Below are positions 14,411-28,709 of a stretch of 64,000 nucleotides of DNA, one piece after another. Positions within the stretch are counted from its first letter, which is position 1. Each line of letters begins with the position of its first letter. The notes under the pieces were generated by a model. That model had not been told where the DNA came from. It worked only from the letters and a program-made list of their open reading frames with translations, and ran no database searches. The DNA lies in the NCBI RefSeq assembly GCF_009914755.1, contig NC_060927.1; one strand, written 5' to 3'. The translations under genes were made by a program, and so were the position numbers. The DNA comes from the human T2T-CHM13v2.0 reference genome, Homo sapiens.

Positions 14411-14617
14411 GTGACGGTAAAACACAGAGAGCAATTCCTACCTCAAATAGTTTAGAATTCTCTGAAACTGTTCTTACACAGGATACCATAAATGAAAACT
14501 TCTATCTCCAAGTTCTACAATCATGGTTTCTGGGTTTTCTTGAAAGTAGTACTTCTGATAATGCAGTGAGTAAAACATTATGCCCATGCAACTACACAAT
14601 GTATTTCCAAAACCCAC

Positions 14618-14709
14618 CCGATCAGAGACCCTATCAGAGAAACAGAACTGCAGAGCCCAATAGCCGATCAGAGACCCTATTAGAGAAACAGAACTGCAAA
14701 GCCCAGTAG
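14618..14709. repeat. 46 bp tandem duplication
   Basis: CCGATCAGAGACCCTATYAGAGAAACAGAACTGCARAGCCCARTAG x2, 3 mismatches. Confidence 0.95.
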
Positions 14710-17076
14710 CTATGAGGTGATATTAAATAGATTCAAGCTAACCCTCTACCGTATGGTTGACATTCTTTTCCTTGATCAGAATTATAAACCCCTCCCAAAA
14801 TTCGTCATAATTTCTCCCTAAAAGTGGAGTTAATTAGACTAAAGCTAGTTCATCTTCCAATTTCAGTTTAGCTTCATTTACATGTTCTTTCTCATAGTAA
14901 TGGTGTTACCATGGGGTACCCCTTCATTGTCCCAGTTAAAATGAGGCATGAAGAGTATAACTTCAGTTCTTTCAGTTCCATTTAATCAATTTTCCATCAT
15001 GCTCTTCACTCACTTTAATATTACATTTTCTTAGAAAAACTCTCATTCTTCCTAGATATTTAAATTTGCATGTGTATGAATAGCTACGCATGATACGTTC
15101 TTGTTAGTTTGATATACTTTCTGTCTGTGGGCATATTTTCTTCCTTGCTCTTAAAATTATTTGCCTGTTTCTCTCCTTTGTTTTAGGATGAGATTTACCA
15201 CAGTTATTGATTTCCTTATTAATATTATTTTGGCCCCATCCTATAAATTTTGATATGCATTATTGCCCTTGTCATTCATTTCCAAATATATTTTTTAATT
15301 TTCAAAGTATATTTTTACTTAATTTAATTTTATTTCATTCTTTTGTTGCTTTGCTCTCCTCTGTATCTAGGAAAATATCCCCTTCCTTCTTCTTAACATT
15401 TATGATATTTCCTCTTCTCTGTGATCAAAGTTTTCACAGATTCCACTGAAGTAGGTAGGGGTGTGACTATTTTGTTGTTTTGTGTTGTTAACAATTATAT
15501 TCCATTAGTTTTGTTTTTAGATTAATTTCTTATGTCTCTGGTTGATTTTACAGTTTTCTTTTTTCTAATCTTGAATTGAAATCATTTGATTTATGTTTTA
15601 ATTTTTTGTTTAATTATAGGAAGTGATTGAGCCTGTGGTCTCAGATTATTGCTTAGGATAAATACAGCAGATTTCTATATATATCGTATTTTCAGTTTTG
15701 AGTTTGTGTTTGGCAAAAAGTTATGAAAGTTTTTATAATTCTTCAAATCATTTATATATCTTTGATTATCTTAGATTTAAATTTTTCAACACATGATTTC
15801 TTCCAACACACCACTTTTAAAGGAATAGAGTCCAGAGAAGTCAGTTTGCTAAATGTCATGCAGCTAGCTCCTGCCAAACCTTTGAATTTTTGGGATTTTT
15901 TATTTTCCACCTAACTGCACTGTATTTTTCTGTTTCTTACAGCACCTATTCTTAATAGCTATACTGTGCCTGCTTTTAATTTTCTTAGTTAAATGCCTAT
16001 TTTATGAATACTATTTCCCAAATATCGATATTACAATTGTCTCTCAGGAGATCGATTTTGAAATAGTTGATACTTTTAAAAAGATATTTCCTGTGCAATC
16101 ATGGACACACGCCCACACTCAATCATGGCGGATTCATTCCAAGACCACTAAGGCTTTACCAAAACTAAACCTATTTGCTTAAAAATAAACAATCAAAGAA
16201 CCCTTCCCTCGGATGTTATTTTCTCATAGATATTTCAATAGCTATGAGTGTTAACAAAGATCCTCGACTAAATCCCAAGATAATTAGTTTTCAAAGATTC
16301 CTAAGTATGGTCAGAATAAAATAATACATACTGTCTAACTTTTTAGGGTCACAAAGAAGCTTTTTATCTAATGACACATACCTTAAAAATCATCTAATAT
16401 CCTAGAAATCGCAAGTATTATCTTGCCTTCCTTAATAAAGGAGAAAAATTTTATAAGGAGAATAAGTATATTTCCAGTCAGCATTTTTTCAAATCATAGT
16501 TGAATCGTTTCACTGTTGTTTTTATGTTTCTTCCTAGTGTAGGTAATCACAGATAATTCAACCACACTGGCAATATGTATATTTTTCACAATTATTAATA
16601 TCAGGAGAAATAATTGTGCCCTTTAGAGTTAACAAGCCAATCTATTTCCAGCATATGGTATCATATTTTGAAAAGACAGAGAAGCAGCTTTGACATAAGA
16701 ATAGAGAAACATGAGATAACCACTTCTTCCTCTAAATCTATTCAATTCCAAAAAGAAAATGTTCTTTCTTTTGGAGCAGAGAGAAAAATATCCTATAAAA
16801 CTATCAGTCATGTTAAATCATAATTAATTTAAATCATAGCCATCTTAACTTAAAAGTGATTTTTTTGTTATTTTATAGTGCAGAATCAAGTTCATTACAT
16901 GAGAAAGGCCCAGAGTCAAAAGTGACCGGAGGTAGGAAGGACGTGGATGTCAGGGACTCTCAGAGCTCCTAGACCCCAGAGGGCAGATTGCCACACACCT
17001 AAAGAGGTGCACTAGTGGGGAAGGGCGATGGCTCAAAACCATACTGGCCTTTTTCAACCATTTTGCTGAGGGCTTA

Positions 17077-17253
17077 ACATTTCTCAACCCTACTTGTAAA
17101 ATAAAATCACCTGGAAAGCTTTGTAAAAAGTGCCAATAATTCTGTTGCATCTCAGACCAATTAAATCGAGCTTCTGGAAGTGAAGCTCAGCCATCAGCAT
17201 TTTTCAAAGCTCCTCTGGTAAATGTAAATTGCAGTTTGGCTTAAGAACTCTTG
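17077..17253. mobile_element. MER5-like hAT-Charlie MITE
   Basis: TTTCTCAAC...AATCACCTGGAAAGCTTT...AGCATTTTTCAAAGCTCC...TTAAGAACTCTTG. Confidence 0.65.
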
Positions 17254-18398
17254 AGCTCAATTCTGGTCACATTGCTCTCAGAGATTTGTCCTTGAGAGAT
17301 TTAGGTGCAACAATTGACAGTGGCTCCTAGAAAATTTGAAGAATTTTACCTTCTCATTTCTTTAGACCATGATCGGCTTGCCTTTCAAAGAAGTAAACTT
17401 TGACTTGGAGGTGCCATTTGGGGCTCTTTTAATTGTTCTAATGTGAACTTGGCTATCATCTTCCGAATATTTCAACTGTCTACACAATACTGCATTTTAC
17501 CCCTTTAAAAAACAGAAGATCCACTGTTAGCATATGCTTTTACCATCCAATTTCCTGAGTATATTTTTCTAGTGTTTTTCTGAAATCAAAACTAATAAGA
17601 GAGGATACTATAATATCTCTGAATCCACCAGTTAGAAAAGCTATGGGCCATTAATGAACACTGTAGGGCAGATGACACAGAATGATACCTCGGGTTTGGT
17701 TTAGAATACAGTGGGGAGTCCAATCAGGCAAGTATGGGCCAATTTCAAGGAATTTGGCCACAGTGCAAGATCCAAGATTCTCCAAGTAGATGTTTGGTAG
17801 CAAGGATATAAGACAATAGGATGAGATCTTGCAGCAAAAGAGCACAAGGATATGGAGTAAAAAGCTGGGACATTCAGCATAGTGTCTGGAATTCCAAATA
17901 GAGAGAAAATTGATTGTAGAAATAATGTGTATGCATAGCAAATGCCAAGCTACCAGGGCTACACAAAACAAATGCTGGGTCCCAGGAATTCGTTTCAGCA
18001 GAGAAGGGTTGCTAAAACAGGCCTTCAGAGTAATCAGGGAGGTGTTGGATTTAGCAGCAATGTTAATCAGAATAAGGCCTTGTCTCAGGGAAGGAATCCA
18101 AAATTGGAACAAAATCTAGAGAGGGAGAATGCCACTACAAAAGTCATCTTGACTTTTTTCTAGGTTTACCCATATATGAATCAGAGTATTGTAGAACCTA
18201 ACAGTGCAATCTCTGGAACCCAGATATCTGAGTTTGCTTCCCAGAGCTGCTAGTTTGGATAATTTAAATGATCTTTGACTTATTCCTTATCTGTAAAATG
18301 GAGGAAATAGTAGATGGGCTTTCTGTTAATTTTACATAACTGAAGTTTTAAAACTCAACAATAACTGAGGACTTAAGTGGTATAAAGAGTCTAATTTT

Positions 18399-18829
<431 letters not shown>

Positions 18830-19778
18830 TTAAGACCCTAAAACATTAAAGACACTTTTAGTTTTGTGGTTCTTTTACCTGTAGGCAGGTCTGTAGGGAG
18901 TACATCTTCACATCATATTATTCCCTGGGGGAAAAAATATATATTTTACAGACTTAGTCTTTAACATTTAACTTAATTATAGATTTGTCTGTATACATAC
19001 TGGAGCAAATATATAGAGAATATTTTAGGTGAAAAAAAGAATTTATTATCATCTTGTTTCACAAAAACCAAAAAAGAAAAATCAAGATATAATGAATACG
19101 TAGTATAAAAATAGATACTGAGAAATTTTTAATTCTAGTCCAGGCTCTAAAACTACCTGCTGTGAAACGGAACAAGTCACAGCCTCTATATTTGAAATTC
19201 AGTTTCCTCATTTGTGAGAGTAAGGGCGGGGGTGTCTTATGCTAGATCCTGATGATCCTGCCCAAGTCCAAAGTTTCATTTCTTTATATAAGGAAATTTA
19301 CTATATGCCAATAAATTATAACTTATTCAAAAATATAATTTTTACAACTTCCTTATTAGTTGAAATGTGAGAGAATCTGCCCGTTATGAAAACAAATTCC
19401 ACTGTTTGTCCATCAGTGACACTTAAGAGATCAGAGCTATATTCGGAACATCCTGCTCTTCAAGATCAAATGGCCTATTTCAACCTGTTTAGATCTGGTT
19501 TAGGTGGGGAATTGTCATCCACTCCTCACAGGCACAGAGGCTTTTTTCCCTAATAAAATCCAGGCATCTAGCAGTACAATCTTCACTATCCAGGTTCTCA
19601 GAAAGCCAAGTTCATCTGTTGAACGTCCCCGCCCTTTGTCTCCTTCCCAAGGGTTCCTCTGTCTTTACCTCCCACCTCCACTCCATGAGTTTCCAGTTGG
19701 TGGCCTAAGAGATGAGGAAAAGGAGCATGGACCATATTCACCAGCCTGGCTTCAGGGTCAATATCTACAGAATTAGCA

Positions 19779-19874
19779 TGATCTGAGCACTGTACATTAT
19801 ATGTATGGAAACATTACTATGTACCCCATGAATATGTACAGTTAGTATTTGTTAATTAAAATAAAATTTAAAAA
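19779..19874 (+). mobile_element. Short L1MA 3' terminal fragment
   Basis: ACATTACTATGTACCCCATGAATATGTACAGTTAGTATTTGTTAATTAAAATAAAA. Confidence 0.6.
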
Positions 19875-20456
19875 TTGTTGATCTATGGAGTCTGTATTAC
19901 TTGTATAAGTTGATTCTTTCTTACATGATTATTATAAACGATTATGCTAAAATGGCTTCTCATTCCTCCACTTTGAGTTCAATTTAAGACAATTCCCTTC
20001 TTTTATCCTCACTTGGTTAGTGTCCAGATGAAAAGTGAAATAAAAATTCTGGCCTGCCACATAAACTATGAGTGTCAACCATTTATCTGCTTATTCTTGT
20101 TAGAACACAATAAATAATAAAATAGTTTTATTTAACTCCTATGCCTCATTAGATAACAGAAACATAATAAGCAACTTATGATTTTATTACTTCAGTAATT
20201 AGATTGTGACTTTTTTCCTTCTATTACTAAAATACGTTATTTAGGCAGAAATTGTCATTTCCATTGTTTTAATGTATTGATATTCTGAGTTTATTAACAA
20301 AATGCCTTGTACTCTGAAATTATTCTAAAATACCTTGAAATATAATACCTTGTCTCACCTTAGGAAAAACCACTGCTATAAAGAGTTTGAGGTTGGCTTT
20401 TGTAGCCATAGTCTATTTTAGTGAGATGATTTTGTCAATTGCTATTTTGATCTACT

Positions 20457-20554
20457 TTCTTTTTCTTTTTTGGGACAGGGTCTCTCTGTCACCTGGGTTG
20501 GAGTGCAGTGGTGTGATCACAGTTCACCGCAGCCTCGCACTTCTAGATTCAAAC
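20457..20554 (-). mobile_element. Truncated AluJ/FLAM fragment
   Basis: TTTT GGGACAGGGTCTCTCTGTCACCTGGGTTGGAGTGCAGTGGTGTGATCACAG. Confidence 0.8.
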
Positions 20555-23149
20555 GCTGATCTATTATGTTTTAATTGTATAATTCTCCAATCATTTTTAG
20601 GTGGTAAGAGGGATTTGTAATAAGGCATTTTTTTTAATTTTTTTTTCCCTGAAGCTCCACTTACAAGCCCTATTTTTAAAACGTGGAAACTGAGAATTAA
20701 AGTGATTGCAGGACTAGCTCAATGATGCTGTTAGTAAACTCATGAAGTAGAATTAAAACCCAGATACTCTTACCTCAAATTTAAGGATTTCTCTTTACCT
20801 CTTTATGCGTCCACATTGTGGTAGATGTGTGAAAAACCACAAATTAAATGCTACCCACAGACGTGAAAAAAAGCAGAATTGAAAACTGAGAGTTCACTTT
20901 CAACCAGCAGCGTGATCCGGCCCACTAGCTGCTTAGGAGCAAGAGATCAAAGATCACCCTATCTGTTTTGCCTGACGATTATAAGATTTCTCCACAACAG
21001 AACCTTAGTTTCTTTTCAGGCACATTGGTTATTCTAATTCAAACTCTGCAGGGGCATTAGACAGCAGCCAATCCTCAAGTTATTGAAGCTTTTAGAAACC
21101 TGAAAACTCCATTGCCAGTTTAGAAGATTGGGCAATGAGAACAGGCTCACGCCTGATGATTTATCAATCATGTAAACTTATAGCACAATCTTATGCTAAC
21201 AGCAGGACAATATATAATAAATGAGCAAATATATTACTTAGAACAGGTTCTGCTTACTGCAAATATGTGTTATGCTTACAACAAATATGTACAAAAAACA
21301 TTTAGAACCATTTTGTATCTTTTAGGAAGTTCCAAAGACTTGACAATGAGAAATCAAATTTAAATGTTTCTTTGCTTTCATCATTTATTATCAAATTAAT
21401 TTTTTACTAAGAAAAGATGTCTGGGGCTGCTTTTATGTTTTGTAATTTTCATCCCAATGTATGAATATATTATTTTATTGCTAAAAATTAAGTTAAGTAA
21501 AGAAAGATTATTTAGGAATAAATATTATCATTACCCAAAAAATGCAATATAATTGATTATTATATTATGCTAAATATATATTATATATATTTTAGAATAA
21601 TTTTTAACCTGCAAATTACTAACACTCATTATTTTACAGAGTTGACTCAATATTACAGAGATAGCAATGATAAGAGGCCGTTGCACCAGAGTTGCATAGA
21701 GGTTTGGCTGTAGCTCTGGAATAAGACCACTTTCCACCTGCTTGCTCAAAACCTTAGGCTATTTATTTAACTTTTTAACTTTGGCCTCACAGTTTATGAA
21801 ACTGTAACATACCAGTGCCTCCCTTGTAAGATTTGTTGTGAAGAGTTAGTAAGATAACCCATGCAAAACCCTAAGCCCAGCACTTTTTTTGATGAGAGCT
21901 CCTGTTAATATCATCAGTGTAATTTCCCAAATAACTCTCTGACATTTTTTTCCTAAAGATGCATCAATCAGGATTATTGTCCACCTACTACTTGGATAGG
22001 TACTGAAATTATCCACTCTAAATAGGAGACAGTGTCAATCTGAATTTTTGGTTATTGAGATATGGCAAAACAGTGCATCTCCTGTTCCTTAGATTTTGAC
22101 AGAATATCACTTGATGCCAAGAAGGATCTTCTTATTCTTTTCTATCAAGTACTCCTGACTTACAAGAAAAGTGCATTTTACCAAAATACAGCAATGGATA
22201 ATTGATGCCAATTATGTGGTGGTTGTATCTTTAGAAAAATTATAAATAATGTATACAATTATACAACTTATTTTGATAAATATAGGAAATATTTTAAAGC
22301 ACTTGCCTCTGTTGTATATTTTAATCAGTTAGAAAAATTAAAGGAAAGGGGTAATGAGAAAGAGAAGGAGATTAAATTAAAAAATGAGGTGTTGGTGATT
22401 AAAAGCAACAGAGAGTAAAGAAAATGAGAGAAGAGAAATAATCAGAAGAATGGAAGGGAAAAGAGATAGAGGTTCTTTGGCAGGGGAGGAAACATATTCT
22501 AAAAGAGAAAAATGAACACTACTGCCAGAAAATAACAGAACGTCCCTTTGTGCTCAAATCAGAGCAGGTTTGTAGATACAACAGGAGCTAGTGATTTCCT
22601 TGCCCTGGTCCATCAAAGAAGTCTAATTTCCCTGTCACAGAACCCAGCAACATCCCTATCCTTTCAGTTCCCAATTCTAACAGCTTTCCTGACACTCCCT
22701 TATTCCCAGCTGCCAGTTTTGTCAAACTTCTTCATCTGCTATCCACTGATGATGATTTGTCAAGCACAAGGGCCAAACTGACCCTCTCTGTCTTTTATTT
22801 GTTGTAACCCCAAGTATTGTGACACTGGAAACCACTCCACTGTCTCTGCTACCAACCCCAGTTTATAAAATTGACTTTAGAGAATGTTGTGCTATCATTG
22901 TCTCTTTCTGATCTAAGTGACCTGCTGAGAGTAGCAGGCCCCTATAGGGACCTTTCTATAGTGAATGAATCCTTTATCATATGGGTCACCCTTGATGGCT
23001 GGTTCTTAGTTTCTGAAAATTACTTACGGTACTAGAATAAAGACGTTTGGATTGCACAGACTGGAAATGAGATTGCTGGAAGGAGAAACTGTGGAGAGTA
23101 AGCATAGATTTTGTCAACTTTTTATTTTCCCAAGTAAGATATTTTCTTT

Positions 23150-23700
23150 TGAAGAATGTAAATGTGTCATTTAACCCTCCTATTTAAGACCCTTCTTTTA
23201 ACATGGTTTCATAGGCCTTGTAGGATCTGGTCCCTAGCTGACCTCTCAGGCCATCTCAATCCATATCCCTCCTTGTTATCTGCAAGTCTGATCTGTGCAC
23301 ACACAGAGCCCTCCACATAAAGGTATTCTTTTCTTCTTTTGCCTAGTTAACTCTTACACATTCTCCAGAGTTCAGTTTAGATACCACTTCTTTATTGAGC
23401 TCAATTATCATCTCTACCTAGACATCACCCCATTCCTCTCCAGATTAGACAGGCTGCCTCTGTTACATGTTCTGATAGCACAAACTACTTTTCCTTCATA
23501 GCATTTAGCACAGTGTGGTATGTGTATACATGTGCATGATGGATTATTGGATAAATATGTTTCTGACTGAATTATAAGCTCTATGAAATAATAAATCAAA
23601 GCTGATAGTGTCATTGTTGTATTTCTTTTGTCTTTTATCTTGGATATAATTTATATAGGGTAAGTACTAAGAATAACAGTTGTTAAATGATTGGATTAAT
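23150..23700 (+). mobile_element. L2 3' region whose (TGAA)n-like tail was the target of the ERV1 provirus
   Basis: L2c-like 3' sequence ending TTGTTAAATGATTGGATTAAT; tail-like GAGTGAAT resumes at 28322. Confidence 0.6.
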
Positions 23701-24815
23701 TGTTGGCTAAAGAAAAAAAATAAGCTTTTAAAGAATTAAAATTAGTTTTATTTAGAAGTCTTACTTAGAACTATAGACTGAGGCCTACAGCCGAGAAGGA
23801 GTCTTTTAGAGAGGTTTTGTCAGACTGTTCTGACACAGTATTTTAGCCCACTGTTTATGTATAGATAGTGGGAGTTTAGAAAGCATAAAGTCATATCAAA
23901 CTTGTGTAGAACTTATGTTAAAGTTGAATTATATCAGAATTGGGATGTAAAAGTATACTTGGCATTAGGTTACAGAACCGTAATCACTAACAACATCAGA
24001 CAGACGTTATCTTATGTGTAGGAAGAAACAAAAACATGGGTCATTTATCTTTTAAGGAGTATAGTAACTCAAGCAAGAGAGGTCAGGGGCCTTGTGCTCT
24101 ATTCTGTTTTGTCTTCAAAGTACCTTTCTGGTGAGCTGTACATAGTCACAGAGGCAGAGACTTGTAAAATTATGCTGGCAAGCAGAAATAAGCAAACATG
24201 GCTTCCTATGTTTGCTACTTTGTCTGACAAGTTTTTCCTTTTGGTCAGAAATTAACCTTCTGGTTGTATTTATAAGACCAACTTTGTCTCAGGTAGCTAA
24301 GAAGACTCTTTTTTAGCAAGGTCGGTAATCGTTAGCTGTAGTTGTAAGGAATGAGTATTGGGCCCAACATGTATATTCTTCTATTTATTGAAAAATATGT
24401 TTTGGATTGTATCTATTTTTTAATTAATCTGTTTTTTTAGACGTCTTATTTTTCTACCAATTTAACACCTTAACCAAACTATTATAAGAATATTGTAGAT
24501 TATATATAGCAGTATATCTTTAATAGTATCAAAGTAAGTTATAGATTGGAAAAATACATGATAAACATTTAACAAAATTTGAACATATATTTGTATCATT
24601 TCTATTAATTACATTTTGGTATCTATATTATTAAAGTCTTTTTTATGAAAAGCAATTTTAGGATAGAGTTGATAGTAAATGCTTTTAGAAACTATGGATG
24701 ACAAAAATTTACAATAGTTACAGTTAAAATTTAACAAAAGTTTTTAATTGACAGGGAAATTTAGTTATTTTTATTATATGCAGTATTTTAAGATAATTAG
24801 AATTATGACTGACAG

Positions 24816-26346
24816 AGGTGACAGCGTGCTGGCAGTCCTCAGAGCCCTCGCTGCTCTCAGCACCTCCCCTGCCTGGGCTCCCACTTTGGTGGCATTTGAG
24901 GAGCCCTTCAGTCCCCCACTGCACTGTGGGAGCCCCTTTCTGGGCTGGCCAAGGCTGGAGCCCACTCCCTCAGCTTGCAGGGAGGTGTGGAGGGAGATAC
25001 ACGAGCGGGAACCGGGGCTGTGTGCGGCACTTGCAGGCCAGCTGAAGTTCCAGGTGGGCGTGGGCTTGGTGGGCCCCCGCACTCGGAGCAGCCAGCCAGC
25101 CCTGCTGGCCCCGGGCAATGGGGGACTTAGCACCCGGTCCAGTGGCTGCGGAGGGTGTACTGGGCCCCCCAGCAGTGCCGGCCCACCAGCGCTGCGCTCG
25201 ATTTCTCGTGGGGCCTTGGCTGCCTTCCCACGGGGCAGGGCTAGGGACCTGCAGCCCGCCATGCCTGAGCCTCCCACCCCCTCCGTGGGCTCCTGTGCTG
25301 CCCGAGCCTCCCCGACGAGCGCCACCCCCTGCTCCACGGCACCCAGTCCCATCGACCACCCAAGGGCTGAGGAATGCAAGCGCAGGGCGCAGGACTGGCA
25401 GGCAGCTCCACCTGCAGCCCGCGTGTGGGATCCACTAGGTGAAGCCAGCTGGGCTCCTGAGTCTGGTGGGGACGTGGAGAGTCTTTATATCTAGCTCAGG
25501 GATTGTAAATACACCAATCAGCACCCTGTGTTTAGCTCAAGGTTTGTGAGTGCACCAGTCGACACTCTGTATCTAGCTGCTCTGGTGAGGAGGTGGAGAA
25601 CCTTTATGTCTAGCTCAAGGATTGTAAATACACCAATCGGCACTCTGTATCTAGCTCAAGGTTTGTAAACACACCAATCAGCACCCTGTGTTTAGCTCAA
25701 GGTTTGTGAGTGCACCAATCGACACTCTGAATCTAGCTGCTCTGGTGGGGCCTTGGAGAACCTGTGTGTGGAAACTCTGTATCTAACTAATCTGATGGTG
25801 ACATGGAGAACCTTTGTATCTAGCTCAGGGATTGTAAACGCACCAATCAGCGCCCTGACAAAACAGGCCACTCGGCTCTACCAATCAGCAGGATGTGGGT
25901 GGGGCCAGAAAAGAGAATAAAAGCAGGCTGCCGGAGCTAGCATTGGCAACCCGCTGGGGTCCCCTTCCACACTGTGGAAGCTTTGTTCTTTAGCTCTTTG
26001 CAATAAATCTTGCTACTGCTCGCTCTTTGGGTCCACGCTGCTTTTATAAGCTGTAACACTCACCGCGAAGATCTGCAGCTTCAGTCCTGAGCCCAGCGAG
26101 ACCACAAGCCCACCAGGAGGAATGAACAACTCCAGATGCGTTGCCTTAAGAGCCGTAACACTCACCGCGAAGGTCTGCAGCTTCACTCCTGAGCCAGCGA
26201 GACCACGAACCCACCAGAAGAAAGAAACTCCGTACACATGTGAACATCAGAAGGGACAGACTCCAGACACGCCACCTTAAGAGCAGTAACACTCACTGTG
26301 AGGGTCCACGGCTTCATTCTTGAAGAACCCACCAATTCCGGACACA
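24816..26346 (+). mobile_element. LTR12C (ERV9) solo LTR
   Basis: AGGTGACAGCGTGCTGGCAGTCCTC start, GC/CpG-rich U3, tandem CCAAT/TATCTAG enhancer repeats 25490-25890, AATAAAA TATA-like box 25916-25922, end CCAATTCCGGACACA; 4 bp TSD ACAG. Confidence 0.95.
25490..25950 (+). promoter_or_regulatory. LTR12C NF-Y (CCAAT) enhancer repeats and core promoter
   Basis: Multiple ACCAATC motifs; GGTGGGGC GC box; AATAAAA box about 25-30 bp upstream of the expected ERV9 start site. Confidence 0.7.
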
Positions 26347-28359
26347 ACAGTATCATATAAGGAGGCTCAGACTCTTATAAACTTTATATAATTTTTAGAA
26401 TATTTATATTAATGATATATTTATATAAATATAACTAGAAATATTTAATGTCAATCAAAACTATGATGTTAGAATTTTATTAATTTATGTAATTTTTAGA
26501 CTATATTAATTGCATATTTATAAACATAACTGAAAGAATATATGGTATTATTTGATAATATATTTATATAATTTATTAAATAAGTATTGAGGAAACGTTG
26601 AGTAGGGGAATATATTGTTCTCAGTAACAGCATGAAGAGGTTTTTGGTTATATTCTTCAATTTAGACATAAGGAGCCAAAAGTACAGAATTAATTTATAA
26701 TGGAAAAAAGTATATATATATTTTAGACTTTCAAAATAAACATTATAGCATCAGACCACAACAGTAATGAGAAATGGAGAAAAAAAAACTTAACAGGAGT
26801 AGAAAAAAGTTTCAAGGAGAAAGTTGTTATCTTAGCGAAGTAAAAAGGTACACTATTTCCAGAGGAAAAGGAACAGAAGGTAATGATTTTTGTCCTCTAA
26901 ATTATGTGTAGTGAGGTATACCAGAAATTAAACTTTTGAGATATAAATATAAGAAGCTTTTAAAAGAAGCTGGTTTTAAAATTAAAAATTAAAATCTGTT
27001 GTGATTTCATTAGGGGTAAATTAATATTTTAAGAAGACCTTGTTGTAACATGGGAAACAAAAATTTTTAGTTTTGTATTAATTTTTAATATTAAATGTTA
27101 ATCTTTAAAAATTATAAAGACATAGTTTTTTAAATTATAGCTAACAATTATATATAAAATTTATTTTATAAATTTTTTTTACAAACTTTATTATGTCCAT
27201 TTATGACATGTTTGAGCTTTCTGCTTTGTCTTTAAAAAAACAGTCATTTTATTTTAGGAAAAAAATTATTATATAACTTTTTTATATATAAATTTTAAAC
27301 TTTTAATTGAAATATATGTATAGATCCATAAATTTTTATATTTTCATCTCCTATTTACTGTTTTTTTCTTGTAAATAACCTGTAAATAACCTCTGAATCA
27401 GACCAAATTATTTTTATTAAAGAGATATTTGTATATTTATGAATTTTGTATATTGCATATATAGAGTTACATGTTAAACATTTTAAATATTTTGTTAACT
27501 TAAATTTTAGCGAAACCCTAGAAAGCAGGAAATTTTGAATTGTCCATCACATAGTATTTTACACATAAAAACTATTTTATGAGTCTTAGAAATAGGTTTT
27601 TATATAATTTTTAAAATTAGAAATGACCTAGACATTTAGTGAGTATTTATTATTTAATTTAACATAACTTTTTAAAAATTATATTAAAAGTTTACTTATG
27701 TGTTTATCTCATTCACTGTTATCTAACTTTAATAGTTTATCTAGATTATTTATGAGCACTGAGATATTAGTCAAAGCTAGTCATCATTTTAAGTTATTTT
27801 CCTGTTAACCATTTTCCTGCTAACCATTTAATCTTAAAGTTAAATATATCAATATTTTGTAGATAACTTCAAAGATATAGCTGTTTTTATTAAACCAATA
27901 ATATTAAATTAATCATTAATTTTAAAATTTTATAAAGATTATTTTGGTTTTGGCTTGGTTTATAGTTTTATAATCTTTGTTTCAAACCTGGACACTGTAA
28001 ATTATATATCAGATACAAATATAAATTTGTCTGACCAGTGAGTGCAGGCAAAAATGTATGTTGAGAATTTTGAAGAAACGTTTATTTCATCAATAATTTT
28101 AAAAACCTGCTTATTTATTAAAGATTTATTTAAGTCATGTGAACTTGGAAAATATTTAACAGGGGGTGGGCGCACTATATGCTCTATTCTGTTTTGTCCT
28201 CAAAACGTATCTCCAGAGAGCTGTGTGTCAGCCATCACAGAGCCAGAGGCTTATAAAATTATAATGACAAAGAAAAATAAAGAAACAACGTGACTTACTA
28301 TGTTCACTACTTTGTCTCACTGAGTGAATACTTTCAATTGCTTTAAAAAGGTCGTTTTA

Positions 28360-28709
<350 letters not shown>

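Larger units (their letters stand above)
23701..28321 (-). mobile_element. Deleted ERV1 (MER4-group, MER67-like LTR) provirus: full 3' LTR 23701-24229, AT-rich internal region, partial 5' LTR about 28160-28321
   Basis: Two homologous LTR ends in the same orientation (TGCTCTATTCTGTTTTGTC...TACTTTGTCT(G/C)AC at 24096-24229 and 28179-28320); polypurine-tract-like CTGACCAAAAGGAAAAACT on the minus strand abutting the left LTR. Confidence 0.75.

Noticed and set aside
17651-18163. 153 aa minus-strand ORF and overlapping plus-strand ORFs
   Set aside because: No recognisable motif; the region may be an old LTR-like fragment I cannot name.
24748-25494. 248 aa, 201 aa and other overlapping ORFs; CpG-island-like region
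   Set aside because: Almost entirely the GC-rich U3 of LTR12C; stop-poor by composition, not a gene.
25490-25890. Regularly spaced repeats resembling a CRISPR array
   Set aside because: These are LTR12C enhancer repeats in a primate genome; no unique spacers or cas genes.
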